The notes beneath the pieces are model-generated. The model did not search any database. It was not told the DNA's origin and was given only the letters and a program-made list of their open reading frames with translations. Below, in pieces: positions 56,706 to 64,000 of a DNA stretch of 64,000 nucleotides. Source of the stretch: a virus; the IMG/VR virus record IMGVR_UViG_3300048854_000232, positions 192,618 through 256,617 of that record. One strand, written 5' to 3'. How positions within the stretch are numbered: position 1 is the first letter of the stretch; every line of letters begins with the position of its first letter. The translations under genes were made by a program, and so were the position numbers.

Positions 56706-57109
56706 TGGCCATGACTCGTCCCTCCATCCCTGTCATCTTAACACGGAGTTCCGCTGTGGCCACCACCAAGTCCAAGGTCAAGCCTTTCCCGAAAGCCAGC
56801 TACACCAAGCGGTACGGCTCCAACGTCCGTCCGGTCCATCCGGGGGAAATCCTCAAAGAGGAATACTTAGGGGAGCTGGGCATCACGACCGACGAGTTGG
56901 CTCAGGCCATCGGCATCAGCGTGTTCGCGGTCAAGAGCATCCTGTTGAAGAAGCGCAAGGTCACCACGGAAATCGCGTTCCGTCTGGCCCGCTACTTCGG
57001 CACCACGATCGACCTGTGGATCAACCTGCAGGAAGCCTACGACGTGCGACGCTTCGAGCTGAACGCCGACTCGATGCAGGACATCCTGAACATCACTCCA
57101 CGGAAGTAA
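56705..57109 (+). CDS. second HigA-family antitoxin-like HTH protein
   Basis: PVHPGEILKEEYL..AFRLARYFGTT..LWINLQ.AYD. Confidence 0.88.
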   Translation: MAMTRPSIPVILTRSSAVATTKSKVKPFPKASYTKRYGSNVRPVHPGEILKEEYLGELGITTDELAQAIGISVFAVKSILLKKRKVTTEIAFRLARYFGTTIDLWINLQEAYDVRRFELNADSMQDILNITPRK

Positions 57110-57112
57110 CCC

Positions 57113-57580
57113 ATGGCCATTTCGCGTGCCAGTATCGAGCAGCTGTACCAGTTGTTTCGAAACACGGTAAACGAGGAGGCCATGCCGACGTTCATGGCGG
57201 CTCTGGGGTACGCCCCGGACCGCCAGTTGGCGTTCTTTGATGACCATCCTTCCTGCATCTCCACGTTTTTCTTCGCCAACCTGGCCTGGGACCTCCGGAT
57301 CCCAAAAGACAAACAGGCGGCGTTCGTCCAGCAGTTCATTGACGGTTTCAAGGCCAAGCGTGCCGAAGGTTTCTTTGTCACCGACGCGCTGACGATCTCC
57401 AAGCGAGTGGAGGTGCCGTTGGATACGTTCAACGAGTACCTGTTCGTCATGACCGGGTACGAGCAGCATTACCCGAAGATCTGGCACATCCAGCGCGAGA
57501 ACCGCGGACTGTTGATGAATCGTATCTTGTCCAGTACCCGTAGCGGTCGCCGTCTTTACCGCCCACCTACCTACTATTAA
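57113..57580 (+). CDS. hypothetical protein
   Basis: In operon; no RelE/HigB features seen. Confidence 0.7.
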   Translation: MAISRASIEQLYQLFRNTVNEEAMPTFMAALGYAPDRQLAFFDDHPSCISTFFFANLAWDLRIPKDKQAAFVQQFIDGFKAKRAEGFFVTDALTISKRVEVPLDTFNEYLFVMTGYEQHYPKIWHIQRENRGLLMNRILSSTRSGRRLYRPPTYY

Positions 57581-57592
57581 AAGGGATTTACC

Positions 57593-57829
57593 ATGAGCGA
57601 GTCTTTCACGATCTCTGCCGAGGACATGGCGTTGATTCACGATGCGCTGGACGATGCCCACCAGAACGCCGTCAATCGCGTCCTGGCGGTCAAGTTCGGT
57701 CCGGAGATGCCTTACCTGCGCTCCCAGGTGCCGAAGATGCGTGAGGCGCTGGAGCGGCTGGAGGCACACCTACCCGAAGAGGGACGTTGGCTCCTCAACG
57801 GTCGCAACCGTGAGGAAGCCGGCGTATGA
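57593..57829 (+). CDS. hypothetical protein
   Basis: SD AGGGA. Confidence 0.65.
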   Translation: MSESFTISAEDMALIHDALDDAHQNAVNRVLAVKFGPEMPYLRSQVPKMREALERLEAHLPEEGRWLLNGRNREEAGV

Positions 57830-58095
57830 ACTACATCGACAAGCGGAACCTGCTCTGGGGACTCTTCTTCTTGGTGTTCTTTTTGATCTTGATCCTGATG
57901 CTGACGATCAAGACCAACAGCGTGCGAACGGTCTCTGATCCGGCCATCGCCAAGGAGATCTTCACCGCCTGCTCGGAGGGTGGCCAGAACAAAGACTCCG
58001 GGGTCTATGTCTCACGGAACCTGGAAACCTGTGCCGACATCGCCGTGCGGTTAAGTCAACGGCCCTACGATGAAGTGCCAAGGAAAACACCATGA
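57826..58095 (+). CDS. small membrane protein with periplasmic Cys pair
   Basis: N-terminal TM helix. Confidence 0.65.
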   Translation: MNYIDKRNLLWGLFFLVFFLILILMLTIKTNSVRTVSDPAIAKEIFTACSEGGQNKDSGVYVSRNLETCADIAVRLSQRPYDEVPRKTP

Positions 58096-58385
58096 AGGCC
58101 GGTAAGTTCTTGCTCAAGTACATGACCGCATTCGTGGCCTTATGCGCGATGGCTTTCGTGGTGGCGGTCTATGGCACGCCTTCCCAGGCGGCGCTGTTGG
58201 CCGCCGAACAAGACGCGATGCGTAACCAACACTGGACCCTGGTCATCGTCAGCGGTCGAGCAACGAGCGACAACTCCATGGCGACGGTTCCGGGCTTTTC
58301 TACCGGTAAGCAGTGTGCCGCTCAGGTGCCGGTGGTGATGGCGCGCCCACGTACCGCCGACGCGTACTGCGTCTTGGTCCAATAG
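58092..58385 (+). CDS. small membrane/exported protein, paralogue of 59763..60071
   Basis: TL...PG(F/Y)....C...C pattern. Confidence 0.65.
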   Translation: MKAGKFLLKYMTAFVALCAMAFVVAVYGTPSQAALLAAEQDAMRNQHWTLVIVSGRATSDNSMATVPGFSTGKQCAAQVPVVMARPRTADAYCVLVQ

Positions 58386-58393
58386 GAGTACCC

Positions 58394-58756
58394 ATGAGCA
58401 TTGCTAGCATTCGTCGGTATTTCAAGGCCGGACAAACGTTGGAGCCGCTGCAGTGGTCCTGGTTCCAAGCCAGTGTGGGTCTAGCGGCTGTGTTGATCGT
58501 GCTTTCGCACTGCTTTGTGATCATGTCCTCCGCGGCCATATGCCAGGCCTGGGTGGACATGTTCACTCACGTGCCCCAGAACCTGAAGATCACGGACTGG
58601 TCGCCCCATGACGGCGTCGTAGCGGGGGCGCTGAAGCTGTTCGCTGTGGTCGTCTACGCGATCGGGATGTTCTGCCTACTGGTCGGTGCCTTTGTCATGA
58701 TCATCCTGCCCTGGATGTGGTGGACGAACTACCGCAAGCGTTACAAACCACGATAA
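58394..58756 (+). CDS. hypothetical membrane protein
   Basis: Two TM helices; SD AGGAG. Confidence 0.7.
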   Translation: MSIASIRRYFKAGQTLEPLQWSWFQASVGLAAVLIVLSHCFVIMSSAAICQAWVDMFTHVPQNLKITDWSPHDGVVAGALKLFAVVVYAIGMFCLLVGAFVMIILPWMWWTNYRKRYKPR

Positions 58757-58895
58757 CTCGGCAAATGCCCCTCCCCATTTCGGGGAGGGGCCTGCTATGA
58801 CTTTTTCCTATTTGGCCTTTCGATGATGCTATGAGATGGAATGTCTCCACTCGCATCAAACCCGGCGTTTCTCGTACGCCAGAGGATCGATAGCC

Positions 58896-59675
58896 ATGCC
58901 CAAGCAGTCCACCAAACAGAAGCAACCCTCGTCCGACAAGTCGCGCCGTAGCACGCGCAACGGGCGCAAAGGGAGTGACAATGTTGTCCCGATGGCGGCG
59001 TACGCGCCTTCCGAGGCAGCGAACGAGGATCGATCCGGTCCGCCCAAACTGAAGCCGATGAACAAGGCCCAGGGGCAGTACCTGACGACGATCCAAAGCA
59101 ATCTGTTGACCCTGGGCACGGGCCCGGCGGGTACGGGCAAGACTTACGTGTGCACGGCGTACGCCGCCGAGCAGCTCATCGACCGCAAGATCAGCAAGAT
59201 CATCGTCACTCGTCCGGCGATCGAGGCCTCCGGTAAAGGTATGGGCTTTCTGCCCGGTTCGATCGAAGAGAAGTTCGCGCCGTATTTCGAACCCTTCCGT
59301 CGGATCCTGGTGAGCTACTTCGGCGAATCGAACCTGGAATACATGATCAAGAAGGGGCGCGTCGAGATCGCGCCGCTGGAATACCTTCGTGGTCTGACCT
59401 TCGAGAATGCCTTCGTGATCCTGGACGAGGCCCAGAACACCACCCCGGCGCAGATGAAGCTTTTCCTCACGCGCATCGGCGAGTACTCCACGGTGGTGGT
59501 CAACGGCGACACCGACCAGAAAGACATCAAGGGCCTGTCGGGCCTGGAAGATGCGATCCAGCGCCTGGGCGATTGCCCTGACGTGGCACAGTTCGAGTTT
59601 ACCGAACTGGATATCGTGAGAAGCGGTTTGGTCCGCGAGATCCTCAAGCGTTACCGCGTTGCGGCCAAGGCTTGA
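58896..59675 (+). CDS. phoH: PhoH-family ATPase
   Basis: GPAGTGKT; RPA; GFLPG; YLRGLTF; ILDEAQN; GDTDQ.D; DIVRS. Confidence 0.95.
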   Translation: MPKQSTKQKQPSSDKSRRSTRNGRKGSDNVVPMAAYAPSEAANEDRSGPPKLKPMNKAQGQYLTTIQSNLLTLGTGPAGTGKTYVCTAYAAEQLIDRKISKIIVTRPAIEASGKGMGFLPGSIEEKFAPYFEPFRRILVSYFGESNLEYMIKKGRVEIAPLEYLRGLTFENAFVILDEAQNTTPAQMKLFLTRIGEYSTVVVNGDTDQKDIKGLSGLEDAIQRLGDCPDVAQFEFTELDIVRSGLVREILKRYRVAAKA

Positions 59676-59762
59676 TCGCTGTCACTTAAAAGCCCATCCT
59701 TTGGGGTGGGCTTTTTTGACGTCACTGTCTTTTGGTGTGTATGTAACCACTAAGGATGTTTC

Positions 59763-60071
59763 ATGGCAGCGCGCAAACCCTCCGGCTTCATAGTCGGACT
59801 GATCTTCCTCCTCCTGGTCATGATCGGCTGTGCCATCTCGATCGGTTGCTCCAACCGGGTGGCGGTAGTTGAACCTGCCTCACCGGTGACGGTGGACGAT
59901 GGTCCCAGCGACAGCGTGGTGACCTACACCCTGTTCGCCTACACCAATTCGGCCGGCGTCCTGACCTCCGATCCCGGCTACACCAGCAAAGCGCGTTGTC
60001 TGGCGGCTGTTCAGGACCTCCAAGGCCAGCTCGACCGCGTTATCTTAACGGCGTGCGTACAACACCGGTAA
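59763..60071 (+). CDS. small membrane/exported protein
   Basis: N-terminal TM helix; paralogue of 58092..58385. Confidence 0.65.
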   Translation: MAARKPSGFIVGLIFLLLVMIGCAISIGCSNRVAVVEPASPVTVDDGPSDSVVTYTLFAYTNSAGVLTSDPGYTSKARCLAAVQDLQGQLDRVILTACVQHR

Positions 60072-60125
60072 CCCGAGAGCTTGCCCCCTCGTGGGGCAGG
60101 CTTTTTTGCCGGTAGCTTTAAACGG

Positions 60126-60143
60126 TTTACAGACACACATTAC
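60126..60143 (+). promoter_or_regulatory. phiKZ-like early promoter
   Basis: AACGG-TTTACAGACACACATTAC. Confidence 0.65.
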
Positions 60144-60170
60144 CAAGAGTAACCCACTAGGAGAGAATCT

Positions 60171-60596
60171 GTGTTCGAGATCCATCCGATCCATCCCAAC
60201 GACATTGTTGAGCAGTGTCCGATCTTGCTGACCTACGAACTCTACGACGCTTCCTACGGCTTTGATGGCGTGGGCCTGAAGCAGGAGTACATGAGGGCTA
60301 TCGACAGTGGGCAAAGCCCGCTGAACGCGATGTGGGTGGCCTACATGGGCCGTTACCCGGTCGGTGTGGCCACGGTGCAGTACCTGGGGGCCGAACCGGT
60401 CTTGAATGTCTATGTCTCGGAAGCCTATCGGCGCCGCGGCTTGGGGAAACAGCTGATTGACCTGGCCAAGGGGTATTTGCCCCAGGTGGCGATGTACTAC
60501 ACCCAGACATCCGCCAACCTGGGCTTCACCTTAGGGGTGCCAATGGCCCAGCAGCAGCTCGAAGAACGTCAAGCCCGGCAAGCAAATCCCCGGTAA
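60171..60596 (+). CDS. GNAT-family acetyltransferase
   Basis: NVYVSEAYRRRGLGKQLI motif A. Confidence 0.8.
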   Translation: MFEIHPIHPNDIVEQCPILLTYELYDASYGFDGVGLKQEYMRAIDSGQSPLNAMWVAYMGRYPVGVATVQYLGAEPVLNVYVSEAYRRRGLGKQLIDLAKGYLPQVAMYYTQTSANLGFTLGVPMAQQQLEERQARQANPR

Positions 60597-60604
60597 ACAT
60601 ACCC

Positions 60605-60828
60605 CCTCGTCTGTAAATTTCCTCCGACGAGGTCAATAGTTTGCCACTATGATCTGGGCGCTTTCCGCGTCCAGCCCCACCGAGGCGCTCTAGCTGACAT
60701 TGTCGCTGGAGGCCTAACCCCACGTTTGCCCCACCACCCCTGGCAGATAGTGGACACACCTAAAACGTACAAAAGGAGCAATACCCATGCCGACTCCGAT
60801 TGGTAAGAGAATACCCTTACTGGTTGGA
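60605..60828 (+). promoter_or_regulatory. structured leader (multi-way junction) upstream of the cell-wall hydrolase
   Basis: CCACTAT/ATAGTGG closes three inner stems, each with + strand G-U pairs. Confidence 0.4.
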
Positions 60829-60861
60829 TGTTTTGCACGCAAATCCCGAACTGCGAGATGA
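60787..60861 (+). CDS. candidate 24-aa upstream/leader peptide
   Basis: Strong SD AAGGAG 8 nt before ATG; MPTPIGKRIPLLVGCFARKSRTAR; its stop abuts the SD of the next gene. Confidence 0.35.
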   Translation: MPTPIGKRIPLLVGCFARKSRTAR

Positions 60862-60875
60862 AGGATAATCATCCC

Positions 60876-61499
60876 ATGAAGCTTTTCTTTGTATCTTTGG
60901 CTGCGCTCCTTCTATCAGCGTGTGCACCCGTTCAATCCAAGTCCGTCAGCGATAAGCCGGTTGCCAATACGGTCACCCTGACCCCGACCCTTCCTGCGAT
61001 TCAGCCCGCCGTTGTCCAGGCTGTCCTAAAGGAGTCCATCACTCCTGTCCTCACGCTCCAACCTCCTCCACCCTCTGCGCTGAATTCGCGCGAAGTGGAG
61101 TGTATGGCTCAAGCCATGTACCACGAAGCCCGAGGAGAGGGCGATGTGGGAATGATTGGCGTCGGTTACACCGTCGTCAACCGCATGAAAGACTCCAAGT
61201 TTCCCGACACCGCCTGCGGGGTGGTCTACCAAGGGAAGCGCAACAAGGCGGGACGGCTACTCCCCCGACAATGTCAGTTCAATTGGGCCTGTGACTCCAA
61301 AACGGATAAGCCCAAAGATCTGGCGACCTACCAACGGTCCACAGAACTTGCCAAACTCGTTCTCCTGGGATACGCGCCGAACCCGATCGGGAAGCTGAAG
61401 TATTTCCGCGAAGCGAAACTGAAGTCCCACCCCAAGCAGCGCTATGCGTACCAAAAGCGCCTGGGCAATCATCTCTTCTACGCATTGGCCTCACGATAA
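60876..61499 (+). CDS. SleB-like cell wall hydrolase (Hydrolase_2), lipoprotein
   Basis: LLSAC lipobox; CMAQAMYHEARGEG; VNR; FPDT.CGVVYQ; CQF.W; LGNHLFY. Confidence 0.9.
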   Translation: MKLFFVSLAALLLSACAPVQSKSVSDKPVANTVTLTPTLPAIQPAVVQAVLKESITPVLTLQPPPPSALNSREVECMAQAMYHEARGEGDVGMIGVGYTVVNRMKDSKFPDTACGVVYQGKRNKAGRLLPRQCQFNWACDSKTDKPKDLATYQRSTELAKLVLLGYAPNPIGKLKYFREAKLKSHPKQRYAYQKRLGNHLFYALASR

Positions 61500-61663
61500 G
61501 CAGCCCAAGCGGTAAAGAAGACAACGTACCCGAGTCCGTCCCTCCCCAGTTGGGAGGGCGGGCTTTTATACCGTTAGCTGATTATGTGCACCACCACGAC
61601 CGACCAGCATAGTGCCTGGAGCCGGCGTGTACCTAGCAACACCTGATCCCCAATGAGAGAGCC

Positions 61664-62656
61664 ATGAAGAAGAAACCGAGTTACCTGCATCTGCCTACCC
61701 GCTATCTGGCCTACCAGACTGACGCCTGGCATCCGCATCGCTTGATGTACAGCCTCCCTATCCGCGATCGCGGGTATTTGCAAGGTACGGATGTCGATTC
61801 CCCGCCAGTGATGATCCTGGACTGGATGGCCTCCGAGATGGAGCCGGGCACCCGAGCTCACGGCTACCGCTATGTCAAGGACCGTGGGGGCATTGACCTT
61901 ATTCACAACTTCCGTTTGGTCCGCTTTGAGACAGGCGAGTGCGAGGCGGAGTTCGAAACCTTCCAGGAGATGGTCTGGAAGTTCAAGCGCAACATCATGG
62001 AACTGCGCGATACACGTAGCAACGTGGTCTTCGCCAAGTGGCTGCGTCGCGAAGATCCCGCGCATGGGCCCATTTGGGTGCTGGAATGGGAGCTGACCAA
62101 GCAGACCAATCACCGGCTCGACGAACACCCCTCGACCTTGGCCGGTGAGATCTTCTCGCAGATGCGCTACCTGCTACGTCAAGTGCCGGCGGATAAGTTC
62201 GACTATGCCGACACACCCTACAACGGCGCGCAGGTGATCAATAGCTTGCCGCCGGCAGTGCACTTCTTCTGGCGCGATGTCTTCGGCAGCGATCCTCGCT
62301 TTTGCCATTGGCAGATCTTCGGCGGTCGCGATCACCAGGTCCCGGCCACGCCGGGTCAGCGCATGGTCTTCGCCTATCTGAAGATCCTCTCCGATCCGTA
62401 CTGGCGTGCGCGTCACAGCGGTCTGACCCGCGAGGCGATGCAGGAACGCTTCTCTGTCATGATTCCGGTGAAACTGCGTAAGCTCATCGATGACTGCAAG
62501 GCCATCATGCAGCTTCATGATCCAGTGCCGGCCAACGCGGAGAGTCTCTTTCCTATCACCGCCAAGCGACCGAACGTGGATCCGTTCAACGGCGTCACCG
62601 ACGATGCGTTGAGCGGGAGTCTGCCCGACTTCCTGACCCAGAACAATCGCTGGTAA
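61664..62656 (+). CDS. hypothetical protein
   Basis: 330-aa ORF bounded by hairpin elements. Confidence 0.75.
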   Translation: MKKKPSYLHLPTRYLAYQTDAWHPHRLMYSLPIRDRGYLQGTDVDSPPVMILDWMASEMEPGTRAHGYRYVKDRGGIDLIHNFRLVRFETGECEAEFETFQEMVWKFKRNIMELRDTRSNVVFAKWLRREDPAHGPIWVLEWELTKQTNHRLDEHPSTLAGEIFSQMRYLLRQVPADKFDYADTPYNGAQVINSLPPAVHFFWRDVFGSDPRFCHWQIFGGRDHQVPATPGQRMVFAYLKILSDPYWRARHSGLTREAMQERFSVMIPVKLRKLIDDCKAIMQLHDPVPANAESLFPITAKRPNVDPFNGVTDDALSGSLPDFLTQNNRW

Positions 62657-62754
62657 CCCATAAAGCCCCTCCCTTTCCGGGAGGGGTCTTTTGCCGTTAC
62701 GTGAATCTCTACCGCCATCGCAAGATGGTACGACACTACCCAAGGACCGTTTCC

Positions 62755-64000
62755 ATGACCACGCCGTTTTCCACGCATATCGCCCAAGACATGGGTGACG
62801 TGCAGATCGATTCCCAGTTCCATGCCCTGGTCGACGCCATGCGCACTCGCGCCGTCGAGCTCCTGGAGAGCAACCACGGTCTCGTGTTCCAGACCCAGCT
62901 GCCGGGCCTGACGCTGGACAACGTGGAGTTCCATCCCGATGCCGCGAACCACCTGACGCCGGGTATGGAAGTGATGAGCGGCCGTGAGCGAATCATGGGC
63001 GTCTTCCTGGGCGCGCTCGATGAGAGCCTGCGTCAGCAGTACAACTGCAATGCCTGCGCCTCGTTCATGAAGAACTACGGCAACCTGGCCATTGTCGAGT
63101 ACGGTACCTGCCGCCTGCTCCCGCTGCTGTGGGATGTCGAGACGGCGCCGGAGATCTTCAAGCCCGGCGTACAGGCCGTGATCAACCTGTTCGAAAAGGC
63201 CAAGATCGTCCGGGTGTTCTACACCGACGCGGAGTTCCTGGGCGAGCCGGTCAAGGGCGGTCACGAGCACATGGCCATTCCCACCGGGGCCATGCGGGCG
63301 AAGCCGCTACGCTCCAAGACGGCCGGGGCGAACATGCAGGACAGCATCCAGACCCGAGAGCTCTTCGCTCGCTCGATCGGTCAGTTCTCCGATGAGCTGC
63401 TGGCCTCGGCCCTCAACCTCTTCCAGAACGACAAGCTGCTGATCTGCTACCCGCAGTTCGGTCAGTACCTGTCGACGTTCATCCACTTCAAGGGCATTCT
63501 GCAGAAGGCCAAGGCCCCGGACCAGCCGGTGGGTACCTACACCCGTGCGATCTGGGCGGCGGTAGGCATGCTCCCGACCGGCGTGCTGCGGATCAAGAAC
63601 TCGGTGCTGGGTCGCTTCTTGGAAGACCTCTCCAACGGCAAATCCATGGCCGAGTGCGTGAAGTCGTTCGGTGAAGATGTCCATCCCTCGCAGTACAAGC
63701 GTCCGCAGGTGGCCCCTTCAGAAGGTACGATCGAGCAGGCTGAAAAGATCATTGCCGAGCTGGGTCTGACCACGGCCCTGGAACGCCGCTTTGCCACCGA
63801 AGCGGATCTGCCCGATAGCGAAATCTTCTGGCGTCCGACGGTGGAAGCGTTCGCCGAAGCTGCACCGGCCCGCGTCTTCGGTCACCTGCAGGCCAAGGAT
63901 GCGACGCCCAAGCCGGTCGGTGGTGCCCACGTCACCGATGCCGGGAAGATCACCTGGGAGCGGTTCCGTACCGAGATCCTGCCCAAGGCCAAGACCCTCG
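62755..64000 (+). CDS. large hypothetical jumbo-phage protein (3' end outside the window)
   Basis: SD AAGGA; open from MTTPFSTH through YNCNAC..F..YGNL to the window end; absent from the track because no stop is seen. Confidence 0.75.
   Translation, partial: MTTPFSTHIAQDMGDVQIDSQFHALVDAMRTRAVELLESNHGLVFQTQLPGLTLDNVEFHPDAANHLTPGMEVMSGRERIMGVFLGALDESLRQQYNCNACASFMKNYGNLAIVEYGTCRLLPLLWDVETAPEIFKPGVQAVINLFEKAKIVRVFYTDAEFLGEPVKGGHEHMAIPTGAMRAKPLRSKTAGANMQDSIQTRELFARSIGQFSDELLASALNLFQNDKLLICYPQFGQYLSTFIHFKGILQKAKAPDQPVGTYTRAIWAAVGMLPTGVLRIKNSVLGRFLEDLSNGKSMAECVKSFGEDVHPSQYKRPQVAPSEGTIEQAEKIIAELGLTTALERRFATEADLPDSEIFWRPTVEAFAEAAPARVFGHLQAKDATPKPVGGAHVTDAGKITWERFRTEILPKAKTL

Noticed and set aside
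1411-62696. CRISPR array or bacterial REP/IS elements
   Set aside because: The repeated palindromes are dispersed singly at gene ends with variable stems, with no regular spacers, cas genes or transposase.
1-64000. Alternative genetic code or stop-codon recoding
   Set aside because: Conserved genes are full length under the standard code, and TAA, TGA and TAG all occur as stops.

Overview
This 64-kb window looks like part of a lytic phiKZ-like jumbo phage genome (about 60% GC), not a bacterial chromosome. Four lines of evidence support this. It has dense, mostly co-oriented small hypothetical genes. It has phiKZ-type virion genes: an SF2 helicase, a probable head protein with S/A-x-E prohead-protease motifs, and four tail/baseplate proteins sharing one repeat domain. 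It has recurring phiKZ-like early (TTTCAAAnnTACATTAC-like) and late (TATG) promoter motifs. It has auxiliary genes: nrdA/nrdB with an intervening HNH gene, folA, dcd, recJ, phoH, sspB, and MazG-like, QueC-like and SleB-like genes. The nrdAB, recJ and sspB sequences resemble Xanthomonadales homologues from memory, so the host assignment is inference only. The most unusual signals are: (i) a ~330-nt, densely base-paired non-coding segment at 18106-18435, plus three smaller structured non-coding segments; (ii) a family of more than 15 intergenic palindromes of the form CGGCATA...GC-rich hairpin...TATGCCG; (iii) envelope cargo, namely a complete trimeric autotransporter adhesin and an early-promoter-driven pair of secreted proteins behind a predicted pseudoknot leader; (iv) a possible proteostasis/counter-defence set of two tandem Thr-nucleophile (HslV/proteasome-like) peptidases, SspB and three orphan HigA-like antitoxins; and (v) stand-alone fragments resembling aminoacyl-tRNA synthetase domains. 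I recognised no tRNA, rRNA, CRISPR array, integrase or reverse transcriptase. All family calls are by-eye motif recognition, with no database search.
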